DNA from: Leucoraja ocellata
Taxonomy: Eukaryota
Reading direction: 5' to 3'
Assembly (NCBI GenBank): GCA_036785375.1
Contig: JAWMAR010000007.1
Location: 10,974,001-11,038,000 of the forward strand
DNA length: 64,000 nucleotides
Under the pieces are notes generated by a model that ran no database searches, was not told the DNA's origin, and saw only the letters and a list, made by a program, of their open reading frames with translations. The translations under genes and the position numbers were made by a program. The number at the start of each line of letters is the position of its first letter. The stretch's first letter is position 1. This document shows, piece by piece, positions 48,114-62,200 of this stretch.

Positions 48114-51100
48114 ACCAGCATTCCATTTGTCTTTACAACTGTTTACAATACCTGCACGCAAGTCTCGTGTTTCACGTGTACGTACCCAATGTTAGGTGAA
48201 AATGAAACGGCAAGTTATTATTTGATTGGTATGTGACTGCAATCCTTTTCTTAACTGTCTTCCACGTATCTTAACACCATCACCCTCATTCTACGGCCCA
48301 CTGGTTCCTATTAGATTTCATTCCCCCAATATCAGTGCTATTTTGCATACCTACCTAATTTTTGCAAACCTACCTGTGGTATTTGATTAAAGATCTTCTG
48401 AACGTGCAGGTACACTGCACCCACTCACATTTTCCTACCAATTACATTCTTGGAAAAAAACTCCCAGCACAGCTGTCAACCATTGAATAAATAAAAATGC
48501 TTGCAGATCTGATTTCCCCAGTACAGGAAGTGTGGGAAAGCTCTTTGGAGAGGGTGCAGAAAAGGTTTACCATGATTAGAAAGTATGAGCTATGAGGAGA
48601 GGCTGGACATACTTGGATTGTTTTCTCTGGAGAGTCGGAGATTGAAGGAAAATCTGATAGAAGTATAAAAAAAGCTATGAGGCAGAGATTAGGTAGACAG
48701 TCAAAACCTTTTCCCCATGTAGAAATTACTAAGGCTAGAGGGTATAGTTTTGATACGAGGGGCAGGTTTTTTTTTGACATGGGGTGATGGGGCCTGGAAT
48801 GCCCTGACAGGTTTAGTGGAATCAGATACAATAGGGCATCTAAGAGGCAATTAGATAGACACATGGATATGCAGGGACGGAGGGATGTGGATCACATGTA
48901 GGCAGAAGAGGTTAGTTTGCCAGCCATCAAATTTGGTAGGGACATGATGGGCTGAAGGGCCTGTTTCTGTGCTGTACTGTTCTATGTTCAGAAAAATACA
49001 AATTGATTTTATCTAATCCTTTGAAACTTTCAAAATGTGCTGTTATCACATGTATAGATTCCAGCAAAATAAATGCTAATTGTGTGAGGCTAACTGGTGT
49101 GTAGTTTGTTTATTTCTCTCAAACATCATTTGTTGCATTTGACACTTGCAAACCTTCAGAAAACATTGCAGAAGATGTGAATTTGGGGCCATTATGTCCA
49201 GTGCATTTTGCGGTGACAGGAAAGTGGCAGTGGAAAGGGAGACGTGAGTGTGGAGGGGATGAGTGCACCTGGGTGCAGGGGCAAAGTGGTCTCTTGTCAA
49301 GGCAGAAATGGGAGGCGACATAAAGACAAGACCTGGGGTGGGCATCGTGTTGAAATTGGTGGAAATATCATGGAATGTTCTCGTGGATGTGGAGGCTGGT
49401 GGGGTAAATGATAAGGTCCAGGGGAACCCTAAACCTGTTCTGCCTGGGGGAAGGGTGGGGTGGTGGTGGTGGGGGGGCTGTACGAATGGAAGAGACACAG
49501 GTGAGGGAATCATCCACAACTGTAGGGTGTGTGGAGTGTGTGGGGCAACCACGTTTCCTCTAAAAGGAGGACATCCCAGATCTCCTAGAGTGGAAATCAC
49601 CCATCTTGAAATCAGCTCAAGATGAGATCACAATCAATCAATCACAATGATACTTTATTAGCCAAGTATGTTTTGAAACATACGAGGATTTTTAATTTGC
49701 CAAGTCAGTCATATAAATAAAAAGCAATGGAACACACAAAATACATTTTAACATAAACATCCACCACAATGACTCCTCCACATTCCTCACTGTGATGGAA
49801 AGCGAAAAAAATTCCATCTCTTCCCTTTGTTTTCCCGCGGTCGGGGGACTCGAACCCTTCGCTGACGGGACGATCTTGACTCCCGTAGCCGGCGGCATTT
49901 GGGCCTCCGCATGATCAGCTCCTGTGTCGGTGGGGGGTGTCAGATCGGACCCCCGAGTTGGGGCTGGTCGAACCTCTGCGTCTTTGGAGCTCCCAACCCG
50001 GCCTCTCTCGAGACTGCGAGCTCGATGGTAAAGTCCGCAGGCCACGATTGGAATGATCCCAGACAAGGGATCTGCTTTGATCTTAAGTCCACGCCACGCA
50101 GAGGGGCTCCAAAGTGAGTTCGAGGAGGCCTCCAGCTCCACTGATGTTAGGCCGCAGAGCGACCGGAGATACGACCCGGTAAACATCGCATCTCCGGCAA
50201 GGTAAGAGACTGAAACAAAAAGTTTCCCCCGACCCCCTCCCCCTCCCCCCACATAAAACAAACCGGAGAACATTTATACAATCTTTTAAAACACACAAAT
50301 ATTTGAAAAAGGCCGGAAAAGCAGACAAGACTGTTGGCGAGGCTGCCAATCGTGCACCGCCCCTGGTGGAACAGGCAATATGGGTTTGGGGAATTGTCAG
50401 GTTGGTGGTTTTCATGGAAAGTGATGGGATGTGTTATGGGATGGGAGACAGAGGTCTGCTGGCTGTTCGAAGGTCACTATACGAGGAGGTGTTTAAAGAG
50501 GACACACTAATGGTGTAAGGAAAAGATCTATCAGAACGAGGGTGGATCTGATCTACGGTAGTAATGTGTGAACAAGTACTGATGGAACTGTGAACAATTA
50601 CCCCCACGCTGCTCAATAAAACTTTGTACCTTCACCTTTTCCCATTCCCACCCCAGCTTTTGCAGACTTTTACAGGATGATTTTATAGAATACGATTTAC
50701 CAAGAGAATCAGATGAAAAGGCAGCCCTTTTGTACCAGGACAGAAAAACAAAATGACTCCATGACAAATAACAAGAGCAACACAGTAGACTGTAAATCAA
50801 ATGGCAGTAAAGTTGAGGAAGGGGAGAAGACCAGGGTGGGGACATTAAAAAAGGGAGCACTGTGAGCAGAGGTGCAAGGTTCAGCCACCGATTGATGTTT
50901 CGCTCTAGAAATTCAGGAAAGGGCTTAGACTGGAGTGGAGAAGATTGTACAAATATCAAGCTGCCAATAGAAATTGTTGAATAATTCATAGACATGGATC
51001 ACACAGAGCACATGAACAGGCACTCGGCCCATTACGTCCATTCTGACCATCCAATGCCCTCCAGTACTGACCCTACTTACCTGCACTTAGTCCACGAAGA

Positions 51101-51684
51101 TGAAGGGGAGGCGGTGGGTGGATTCACGAAACTTCCATGGATCACACCACATGGTCAGGCTAGCAGGCTATGTTTCATCCAGGTTTCTCCCTATCCCTCT
51201 GGATCTCTCCTTATCTCTCTGGATCTCTCCCTCTCCCTCAGGATCTCTGACTCTAGACCTCTCCATCTTCCTCAGGTTCCGTTTCCTCCATCAGGAGCAC
51301 TCATTCTCCCTCAGGGTCTCTCCTCTCCCTCTAGGTCTCCACCAACCACCCACAGCTGCAGCAGCAACCATGGTGCGATTTCTCTCCATCCCCAGCAACC
51401 ACCCGCACTCCCTTCACAAACCCTCCCCCCCTCTCACAAACTTACCCATCCAGTCTTCTCTATTCACAAACCCTCCCGTCTCCTCCGCTCACAAACATAT
51501 ACCGTCCCCTCCCCTCACAGACACATCCCATCCCCGCCACTCTCCTCACAAACCCTCCCATCTCGTCCCGTCCCCTTACTAAGACACCCATGCTGTCCCA
51601 TCACAAACTCACACATCCCTTCCCAAATCCTTCCCCCCATCGCCTCCCCCCACAAACCCTCCTAACTCCTCACAAATCCACTCT

Positions 51685-52085
51685 GAGGCGTGGAAACAGG
51701 CCCTTCGGCCCAACTTGCCTACACACCTGCCAACATGTCCCAGCTACACTAGTTTCACCTACCTGCGTTTGGACCATATGCCCCCAAACCTATCCTATCC
51801 ATCTGCCTGTCTAACTGTTTCTTAAATGTTAGGGCAGTCCCTGCCTCAACTACCTCCTCTGGCAGCTCGTGCCAAACTTTGTGTGAAAAAGTTACCCCTC
51901 AGATTCCTATTAAATCTTTTCCCCTTTACCTTAAACCCACGTCCTCTGGTCCTCGATTCCCCTACTCTGGGCAAGAGATTCTGTGTGTCTACCTGATCTA
52001 TACCTCTCATGATTTTGTATACCTCTATAAGATCATCCCTCATCCTCCTGTGCTCCAAGGAATATCATTAACCTCTCCCTATAGC
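51685..52085 (-). mobile_element. CR1 3' fragment
   Basis: RRMRDDLIEVYKIMRGID..RTRG..FFTQ. Confidence 0.85.
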
Positions 52086-53850
52086 TCACAGGAGCTCTCT
52101 TCCCTCACAAACCCTCATGTCCCCTCCCCTCACAAACCAAACCCATACCCTCCCATCATGCCACCAATACCATAGTGTCATCATAATACCACCCATCTCC
52201 TCCCATTATAATACCACTCATCTCCTCTCCATAATCCTCACCCTCTCTGGCGCGGGGAAGGTTCTGGGCGTGAAGACGCCTGGGCCATTTTGTACCCGTG
52301 ACCATTTGCGATGCGAGTGCACAGCGGGGAGCGACGGGCCGAGTGGCGGCAAGGAGCGGCCACGCCGGACCGCGGGGAAGCATCGGAGCAGGTGATGGAG
52401 ACAATTGGCCTCGGCGGGAAGGAGGGAGGTTGGGAGATGGCCGCCTCTCAGGCCAGGGGACCTCATGGTCGGGTGCCAGCCTCCTGCGCTGTTGGTGTGG
52501 AGCTCGCAATCTTCTCCTCGCCAACGATCTCCGCTTCCCTCCGACGCACGCAAGTCGATGGCTCACGGTTATCAATGATCTCCTTGATAATGCCTGGCAG
52601 AAACAGGCCCTTCGGCCCACCGAGTCTGTACTGACCATCAGGAAACCATGTACATTGTGTGTAGAAATTTCACAAACAAGGGAGCTGTCTTGACCTACCA
52701 TCAACCTCCGTAGAGACTCTCGAACTATATTTAATTGGACATTACTGGAATTTACCTTGCACTAAAGGTTATAGGGGTTGCACGTAAGGTCATTGGGTCA
52801 AAGGGCGTGACGCACGGAACAGCTCAATCTGTCTGGAGGACATAGCAGCTTCCAGTATACACTGCTAACACATGAAACACGTACTTTCTTACCTGTTAAA
52901 AACTGCCGAAATGGTCAATTTTTGTGCTGCAAATAATTGTGGAGGGTGACTGAGCGCTCTGAACCAAATGCTCCAGTATCTTTGCTCTAAACCCGAGCAC
53001 CAAGGTGGAAGCGGCTGAAGGAGCGCATCCCTCGGGACAGCCCCCACTCTACCCCCGGGGTCAACGTTGTCCGGCCACAGCCACCCTCCACCCACGCTCC
53101 ACCTGTGCGGCCGCGCTGTCACGTGCTGTGGGTCGGCAGCGCCCACGCAGGGTGCCAGGTGGGGCGGGGCCACGGATCCCGGCAGCGGACCCATGAGGAC
53201 GCAAACCCGGCAATGTCCTGGTGCTGCGGCATCCCGCCCACTCCCCGCCCCCGCCCCCCCAGACCATACCCCCACCCCCACCCTCCACATCACGACCACC
53301 CCCCTCCCCGACCAACCCCCAACTACACCCCCCCCTGGATCACCCGTCAAACCCCCCCCCCCCCCCCCCCCCACCGACCTCCTCCCCGGCGGTCCGCAAG
53401 CGTGGAACCAGTCAACATGGAGTGAATGAGGGGTGGAGTGAATTAGAAGAATGAGGGGGGGACCATCATTGAAACAAACAGAAAATGAAAGGCTTGGACA
53501 GAATGGGTGTGGGGAGGATGTTTTCGATAGTGAGAGAATGCAGGACTAGACATCATAGCCTCAGAACTAAAGGACTTTCCTTTCGGAAGATGAGGCGGAA
53601 TTTGTTTAGACAGAGGGTGGTGAATCTGTGGAACTCTTTACCACAGAACGCTGCGGAGCCCGTCAATGGATATTTTTAAGGCCGAGATAGATAGATTCTT
53701 GATTAGTACAGGTGTTGGGAGCTTACGGGGAGAAGGCAGGACAATGGGGTGAGCAGAGAGAGATAGATCAGCCATGATTGAATGGGGGAGTAGACTTGAT
53801 GGGCCGAATGGCCTAATTCAGCTCCTTTTCCTTAGAACTTTATGACCGTA

Positions 53851-54090
53851 CTAGACTAACTGGGACCTGTTGGGTCCCATTCACACACGGGAGAGAGGGC
53901 TGGTCCCCAACGCAATGTTCCACCTCTCCACCAATTCCAATATTCCACCACTCACGCATAGCCCCCAACTGCGCAGGCGCGGCTGACCCCCGCCTCCCCT
54001 CACACCCTCAGCCCCCCCACTCCGCCCCTTGCCTTTCACCTCCCCCAAGCACTCACTCCATCCCCGCCTCAGCACCCCCTACCCCATCCA
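53851..54090 (-). mobile_element. Helitron-like non-autonomous element, 3' end
   Basis: Minus strand ends tgggacc-caaca-ggtccca hairpin, 6 nt, CTAG, then T. Confidence 0.55.
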
Positions 54091-55256
54091 CTCTTAGCGG
54101 CTCCAACACCAAGTATTGATTAATCTTTTACCCAATGCACACCCCAGTAAATATCAACCAAATCCTGAAATTTCAAACTCCTTCATGCTGCAAAGTAAAC
54201 AAACAACAGTCAGACTACTCCTATAGATAAAAGAAATGGTGGTGGTGTCAAAATGCCATTCTCCTTTGGAGTGTTGTTGGATTTCTGGTCGTTGCATCAG
54301 ATATTGGCATTAGTTTATTATTGTTGTGTGTACTGATATACGGTACTATCCGATCAAATTAAACCATACACGATTACAATCAAGATACACAAGTGTAACA
54401 TGTAATGCAAAGAGAAGAAGTGCCAGAGTGTTGGATATAGTATTATGGCATTCTAGTGTTACAATTATGGAGCATAAGTGCAAGGTCTACATTTGAGTTA
54501 GTTTGGAACATTGGGACTACACTGTGGCCCATCGGAGGACCATTTAGATCTGATAACTGCAAGGGAGAAGCTGTTCTTCACATCTGGTAGAACATGCTTT
54601 CAAGCTTTTGTATCTCCTGCCCAATGGAAGAAGGAAGAGAATGACCAGAGTGAAACTGGACTTTGATTATATTGACTGCTTTCCTGAATCAATGTGAAGT
54701 GCAGATGAAAGCGATGGTGGGGAAGGTAATCTGTGCGATGGACTGGGCTACATCCACAACTGGAATGTCTTGCAGTCTTGGGTAGAGCAGTATCCAAACC
54801 AAGCTGTGATGCAATTAATGGTGTAACATTCCTCCATAATACAGAAAAATAAAACAAAAACAATCATCAAACAGTGTGGTTTCCATGTCTATTAACAAGG
54901 ATCTCCAGAATGTAGCATTTTGTTCCAGCATGATTTGTCACTCGTAGTTCACTGTTCTGTTGATAAACGTCCACTTCAGGTCAGGCTGGGACCACAATCA
55001 GCCATCACTACTCAAAATGGAAGAATTCTTCAAGTTACTGGTTTTAAAAATTGCAGACCAATTTTTCTTTCCTTCTACAAACATAAGAAAATAGTCATGT
55101 CAAACTAATAGCCAGACAACTCAAACCTGCTTCACCTTTGATGAAAACATAGCTGATATTCCATTGTCCTGCACTATTCTCAAATCCACATCTGGAGCTG
55201 TTCTCTTTCCTTCTATTCTCAACAGGAGAAAGGGATGAGAAATATCTTCTTGAAAG

Positions 55257-55552
55257 ACAGCACAATGGTTCATCTGGTGGAGCTACTGCTTCACAGCCCA
55301 AGAGAACCTGGTTCAATCCTGAACTCGGATTCTGTCTGTGTAGAGTTTGCACGTTCTCCCTATGACCATGTGAATTTCCTCCCACATCCCAAAGACATGC
55401 GGGCTTGTCAGTTAAATTGTCCTCTGTAAATTGCCCCAAGTGTGTAGGGGAGTGGATGTAAAAGCGGGATAACATAAAACTTGTGTGAATGGATGTTCGA
55501 TGGTTAGCATGGACTCGGTGAGCTGAAGGGTCTGTTTCCATGCAATATCTTT
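55257..55552 (+). mobile_element. tRNA-derived HE1-like SINE, degenerate
   Basis: ggttcaatcct B-box-like motif, ctgtctgtgtagagtttgcacgttctccc core, CR1-like 3' end. Confidence 0.75.
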
Positions 55553-56024
55553 AAAATAATCACGTTGGATTCCGGTTCAGGCCGTGGAGAGCCGTACACA
55601 TGAAAGTCTTGAATATTATTGCAGCTATCATCATATCAGCCTGGCCCAGGAATTCAAGGCAGTGACTCAAGAATGACCTGATCCAGTGGGAACTGGCTGC
55701 TATGCGGAGAAGCCGAGCTGAAACAGGGAGAGCCAGTGGATGTAGTGTACCTGGACTTTCAGAAAGCATTTGATGTCCCACATAGGAGATTAGTGGGCAA
55801 AATGAAAGCATATGGTATTGGTGGTAGGGTGCTGACATGGCGAGGGACTATAAAACCAGGAAGTGGTGTGCCTCAATCAGTGTCTGCAAGCTGGAGGAAG
55901 GCAGAGGGTCACGTTTCTCTGAGCTGTGAATACTGAACACATGTCTACTCAAATGTAGTTTCCTTAGTGGTTCTAAAACGCTTGCAGAATGTGTCTTTTT
56001 TGGTTCTAAAATGGTTTTTAGGTT

Positions 56025-56965
56025 CTCCCATCCCCACTTCTCCTCTCCCCTCTCTCCTCTCCCCTCTCCTCTCTCCCCCCTCTCCTCTACCTCCCTCTCC
56101 TCCCACCTCTCTCCCCATCCCCCCCTCTCCCATCCCCCCTCTCCTCTCCCCCCTCTCCTCTCCCCCCTCTCCTCCCTCTCCTCCCCCCCCCTCTCCTCTC
56201 CCCCTCTCCTCTCCCCTCCTCTCCTCTCCCCCCCTCTCCTCCCCTCTCCTCACCCACCTCTCCTCCCCCCCTCTCCTCCCCCCTCTCCTCCCCCCTCTCC
56301 TCTATCCCCCCTCTCCTCTCCCCCCCATCCCCCCATATCCCCCCCTCTCCACCTCTCCAATCCTCTCCTCTCCATCTCCCCCCTCTCTCCCTCTCCTCTC
56401 CTCTACTCTCCCCACCTCTCCCCACCTCACTCCTCCTCTCTCCCCCCCTCTACCCCCCTCTCTCCCCCCTCTCTCCTCCCCCCCTCTCCACTCCCCCCTC
56501 TCCTCACCCCTCTCCTCCCCCCCTCCCCCCTCTCCTCCCCCCCTCTCATCCCCCCCTCTCCTCTCCCCCTCTCCTCCCCCCTCCTCTTCCCCCTCTCTCT
56601 CCCCTCTTTTTCTCCCCCCTCCCCTCCATCCCCCTCATCATTCCTCCCCTAAACCCCCTCCCCTCCACACTCCCTACCCTCTTCCCTCCACCCTCCCTCC
56701 CTTCCCTGCTCCCCACCTCTCCCCCTCACTCCCCTCTCAGCACCCCCCTCTCTCCCCCTCACTCTCACCATCCTCTCTCCTCCCCTCCTCCCCCACCTTC
56801 CCCCCCTCACCCACCCTCCCTCTTATCCTCCTCTCCATTCCCCTATCCTTCTTGCCCCTCTCTCTGTGTTTCTGTCTCTCTCTCTGTCTCTGCCCCTTCT
56901 CTCTCTGCCCTCACTCTCTACCCCACCCCACCCCCCCCCCCCCCCCCCCCCCCCCGCCCCCTCTC
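56025..56965. repeat. Polypyrimidine low-complexity tract (CCTCT-like)
   Basis: About 940 bp of almost only C and T on the + strand. Confidence 0.97.
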
Positions 56966-57618
56966 TAGATGTGACTGCAAGTTGGGGGCTATGCGTCAGT
57001 AGATAGGGTGGTTATGGGTAAAAAGAGCAAATTAATAATATTAATATAATATCAAGGGGGTAATTAGCGTGAGTGCGGGGGGGGGGGGATAGTTAGTGTG
57101 TGTGACGCTGTGTGCCGCCTGCCCCCCTCCCCCCACAACCGCACGTTGGGGGAACATACCCAACGGGTCTGCACTTGGTCTAGTCTATATTACTAAATCT
57201 CTGTTCTTGACCGCATTTGGCCTTCTCTGCTGCAATTTCTGAGAGAACACCACCACCTAAGGCCGTCATTTTTGGCCACCTTGCTCAGAGCCCCCCTCTG
57301 TGTGCCGAGGATTTATCCCGTCGATGAAAAATGACGGAGATATTAATGTTTTTACAAAATCCCCCATTCTCTCCGTAGCCCCTGCTGGAGGGAGGGGGAG
57401 GGACTATAAAGCCAGGAAGTGGTGTGCCTCAATCAGTCTCTCATCAAGATGGAGCTCCGTCAATTAGTCTCTGTCACTCTGAGCTCTGAATGACACTGAA
57501 CAAATTTCTTCACACCTGTGAGTAAGTACCCTTAATGTGGCTTGAAAATGAAAATATAGTTAGTTTGAAATAAAAAAGCACTGCCTACAAATGGTTGTTT
57601 GGGGGGGGGGGGTTTGGT

Positions 57619-57780
57619 NNNNNNNNNNNNNNNNNNNNNNNNNNNNNNNNNNNNNNNNNNNNNNNNNNNNNNNNNNNNNNNNNNNNNNNNNNNNNNNNNN
57701 NNNNNNNNNNNNNNNNNNNNNNNNNNNNNNNNNNNNNNNNNNNNNNNNNNNNNNNNNNNNNNNNNNNNNNNNNNNNNNNN
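57619..57780. other. Assembly gap (N run)
   Basis: 162 Ns inside the second C/T-rich unit. Confidence 0.99.
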
Positions 57781-57977
57781 CCCCCCCTCTCCCCATCCCC
57801 CCCTCTCCTCTCCTCCCCCCCCTCTCCTCCCCCCCTCTCTTCCCCCCCTCTCCTCTCCTCTCCCCCCTCCTCTCTCCTCCCCCTCTCTCCTGTAACGCTG
57901 CATGCCGCCTCCCCCCCCCCCCCCCCCCACAACCGCACGTTGGGGGAGCAGACCCAAAGGGTCTGCACTTGGTCTAG

Positions 57978-58418
57978 TATGTTGATAGAATGGAGCAGCT
58001 GGGCTTGTATACTCTGGAATTTAGAAGGATGAGAGGGTATCTTATTGAAATATAAGTTTATTAAAGGTCTGGACATGCTAGAGGCAGGAAACATGTTCCT
58101 GATTTTGGGGGAGTCCAGAACCATGGGCCACAGTTTCAGAATAAGGGGTAAACCATTTGGAACGGTGATGAGGAAAAGCTTTTTCACCCAGAGAGTTGTG
58201 AGTGTGGAATTCTCTGCCTCATAGGGTGGTGGAGGCTGGTTCTCTGGATACTTTCAAGAGAGAACTAGACAGGGCTCTTAAAGATAGAGAAGTCAAGGAA
58301 TATGAAGAGAAGGCAGGAACGGGGTACTGTTTGTGGATGATCAGCCATGATCACATTGAATGGCGGTGCTGGCTTGAAGGGCCAAATGGCCTTCGCCTGC
58401 ACCTATTGCCTATTGTCT
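57978..58418 (+). mobile_element. CR1 3' fragment
   Basis: LGLYTLEFRRMRG..HSFRIRGK..WNSLP; ends cctattgcctattgtc. Confidence 0.88.
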
Positions 58419-58500
58419 AAACACGGAACTGTGTTTTAGAAGAGAAATGAACAAAGGGAAGAGAGGATACAAGGATACTGTGATGGATTGAAATGAAGTG

Positions 58501-58772
58501 GGTGGCATGGTGGCACAGCGATAGTTCCTGCTTGACAGCACTTACAGCACCAGAGAACGGGTTCGATCCCGACTACAGATGCTGTCTGTATGGAGTTTGT
58601 AAGTTCTCCACACACACTTCAAAAACGTACAGGTTTGTAGGTTAATTGGCTTGGTGTCAGTGTAAATTGTCCCTAGTGTGTGTAGGATACTGTTAATGTG
58701 CGGGGATCACTGGTCGGTGCGGACTCAGTGGGCCGAAGGGCTTGTTTCCTTGCTGTACCTCTAAAACTAAAA
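58501..58772 (+). mobile_element. tRNA-derived HE1-like SINE
   Basis: A-box-like tggtggcacagcg, B-box gggttcgatccc, conserved core, CR1-like tail ending ctctaaaactaa. Confidence 0.85.
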
Positions 58773-59220
58773 AAATATATAAAGAGCAATGAGAGGAGGC
58801 TTGACAGAGCAGAATTCTCAGCTGGGCCAATGGCCCCATTGAACCAGGGCGAGGAAATGATCCAATTGGTATCTAATTGGTTTGACATGGGAAAAGAGCA
58901 GAAATGGAGAATGGGAATGTGTGTAAACACAAGGACTAAAGTACAACAGAATGAGGAAGGATAAACATCTCCTTCCCCAAGGGACAGACATCTGTTTGTT
59001 TACAACACTGTTTGTTTGAGGGTCGATGTTACAGATCCAACTCATGTATCCATCCATAGATAGGAACCAGATCCCAGAAGGGCCACAGAAAGTGTAGCTG
59101 CTCTCATAACAGTGTCATGGTCCAGTCAACTGACTTCCAGTTGTATCCTGACTGTGGGTGACTGGAGTCCCTGGGCTAAAAGATGCAAAGATTTGTTTCT
59201 CAAACTCCAACAGATTTACT

Positions 59221-62200
59221 GAATGTGCAGAATCCTGTCCCACCGTCGGTGTATTCCAAGGCGCTTTGCAAACAATGAAGCTCGGTGAAGCACTGTGATT
59301 GTGATGTTGGGGAAAGCAGAAACTAGTGCACAAATAACTTTCCACAAACAGCAATGACCAGGCTAGGAAGAACTGTACCATCCAATCAGTGTTCTTGGTA
59401 AGCAGCAACCTGGCACATGTCACCAGAGGATTTATCCCTGACCTCAGTAAAATTCACTGGACAAACTAATCCCACCTAGACACCAGAATCATGGATTTGT
59501 TTTTGGTTCTAGTTGTGTTTTGCTCTAATGTATCGATTTTGCTTTATAATATTTTGATTGTCTTGCAGAATTTATGTGATTAATGTATCATTTGTTTATG
59601 TGTCTGAGTCTATGTACTTCTCATGCTGCTGCAAGCAAGATTTTCATTGTACCCGTACCTCACTATACCGACGCATATGTGACAATAAACCGCGAGAATA
59701 AAATGTGAAATTCAGACATTTCTAGTGGTGGGGTGACTGTGAAAATCCCTGCAAAGGGAATATTGATCTGATGTGAATGTGTCCTTTAGGACCGGACAAT
59801 GTTTCCCCCTCTACTCTCAAGCTCTGTGCCGAACAACTGGCACAGACATTTTTAACCAGTCCCTGCAAACCTGTATTGACCCTGCCTGTTTCAAAGTCTC
59901 CGCTATTGTCCCTGTACCCAAAAAGGCAAGGATTACTGGTCTTGACTACAGGCTTGTCGCACTGACCTCTGTAGTCATGAAGACCCTTGAAAGGGTTGGG
60001 CTGGCCAAGCTGAAAAATATCACAAACCCCCTGCTGGACCCTCTGCAGTTTGTATATCGGGCCAATAGAACAGTGGGTAACACAGTCAGCCTAGGCCTGC
60101 ACTTTATCCTCCAGCACCTAGACAGCCTAGATTAATTGTGCCAGAGCTACTACACTCCAAACTTTCCGAGTTGTCTGTGACCTGAACCCCTCTGTTGGTG
60201 GATCACCAGCTTTCTAACAGACAGGAAGCAGCATGTGAGTCTGGGAAAGCACATCTCGGACCCTCAGCAGAGGAGCACGGCAAGGCTGCACACTCTCCCC
60301 TCTCCTCTACTCTCTCTACACCAATAACTGCACTCCACAGACACCTCTGTCAAGCTTCTCAAGTTTGCGGACAATGCAACCCTAATAGGACTGATCCAGG
60401 ATGGGGAGGAATCTGCCTACAGACAGGAAGTGTCACAGCTGGCGTGCAGGAGCCAACGCAACAACCTGGAGCTCAATGCTCTTAAGGCAGTGGAATTGAT
60501 TGTAGACTTTAGGAGAGTTTCTCCCTCCCCTCACCCCACTCACCATCAACAATACCACAGTCACATCTGTGGAGTCTTTTAAGTTCCTGGGAACCATCAT
60601 CTCCAAGGACCTTCTACCCCCGGGTCCCCACTGCAGACGCCGCGCCAGCTGGAACTCTGCAGACCGGGGCTTCAGGCTGCCGGCTGCCGTGGACCAGCGA
60701 AACGGAGCGCTCCCCCTCAGGCGAGCCCCTGCTCCACTCCCAGAGCCCACGCTGCACCCACCGCTGAGCCCCGGGCGCGTCTCTGGGAAAAGCCGCCCGA
60801 CCTTCGCTGTTTGACCACGGGGGAGGTGACCTGGAAAAATTCACCTCTCTGTGGAGGAGGTGACCGAAGCGGTTTCCCCCTTACCCCCCCCCCCCACACA
60901 AAACGCAGAGAGGAACATTAAAAACATACATTAAAAGATACTAAAAAAACAAAAGAAGTTGAAAAAAATCCGGAGGTTGCAGAGAATCATCCGATCAGTT
61001 AAGAAGGTTATTGGCTGCAACCTTCCCTCCATTGACAAACTGTACACTGCAGAGGCTAAGAAGCGAGTGGATAAGATCATCTCTGACAACTCTCACCCTG
61101 GCCACAAACTCTTTGAATCATGTCCCTCTGGAAGGCGACTCCGGACTGACAAAGCTGCCACAGCCAGACATAAAAACAGCTTTTTTTCCATGACTATTAG
61201 CTCTACTCAACAGCCAACAATCTGTAGCCTCCTTCTGCTCTGGTATTTTATTTAATTCACATGTTTGATCAATGTGTTTTATTATTAATGTTTAGTGTTT
61301 TATGTATCATTTATAACTGTCACTGTATGTCATGTTGTCACATGTGGGCGGATCACAAATTCCTTGTTTGTGAATACATAGCCAATAAACTTATTCATGC
61401 ATGCATCCATTCATTCATGCATACATTCATTCATTCATCCATTCGTTAAGAATTATGCACGGTATCACATATCAAATATTTGGTGATGCATTGAGGGATG
61501 ATGCAGGGTCTTGACCTGAAACGTCAACCATTACTCTGCCTCCACAGATGCAACCTAACGCATTGAGGACCTCCTGCAATATGTTTTTCTGCATGTCAAA
61601 TATTTGGTTAAATGAGGTACAACTGTAATTAACAAGAACCTGATTAATATTAGGTATGGTTTCTTACATTTGTGACAAATTTATCCATGTCATAATCAAA
61701 ACTATAAAATTATTATAAAACTTGATAACATATAATTTCATCATCACCCAGCACAAATGCATTTTGCAATCCTTTTCATATTTTGCTTCAGGTTATAAAC
61801 AAGGAACAATCTTGCTTCTTACTTCCTGGTCAACTTTCTGAGAATTCTGCAAGCTCTTTCTAATCAAGATAAAAGTGTGGTGTGGACTTGAAATATTGCT
61901 GGCGTACCACCGACAGCAGCCAGAGGGTGAAGCCCTTGTTGCTGCTGTCAGTTCCACTCAGATTCTGCTGGACAAGGACTGGTTGATTGAAATGCAAAGT
62001 GTCAAAATTGACTTCTCCATTTGAAGCTGTATGACAATTCTTGCAAAGTCTCTTGCGCCCGTTTACACTCTATGATAAATGTACAATTCAGAAAACTACA
62101 GAAAACTGCTGGAGTCTCGGTTCTACTCGTCCAGTGGATAGACTTACGGCATTTGAAAGCTCAACGAGAGAAGAGAATGCTGTTCATTTTGCTTTGTGCC

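Larger units (their letters stand above)
34727..50505 (+). repeat. Segmental duplication block, copy B
   Basis: Colinear with 1-14750 apart from indels (227 bp deletion at about 46126; 1560 bp extra at 46536-48095; about 280 bp deletion at about 43600). Confidence 0.97.
55841..57977 (+). mobile_element. Two head-to-tail non-autonomous Helitron-like units with C/T-rich interiors
   Basis: Unit 1 ends hairpin+CTAG at 57183. Unit 2 starts TCTATATTACTAAA at 57184 and ends gcagaccc-aaa-gggtctgc..CTAG at 57977, followed by T. Both share gggactataaa.ccaggaagtggtgtgcctcaatcagt. Confidence 0.72.

Noticed and set aside
50994-51665. 223 aa ORF
   Set aside because: Low-complexity C-rich sequence with repeated ctcacaaaccct motifs and no recognisable domain.
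50520-55250. Possible exon-like stretches (about 50675-50755 +, about 55136-55225 -)
   Set aside because: Plausible splice sites but no recognisable protein similarity or partner exons.
55945-57977. Long Pro/Ser-rich and Gly/Arg-rich ORFs
   Set aside because: By-products of the C/T low-complexity tract and the N gap.
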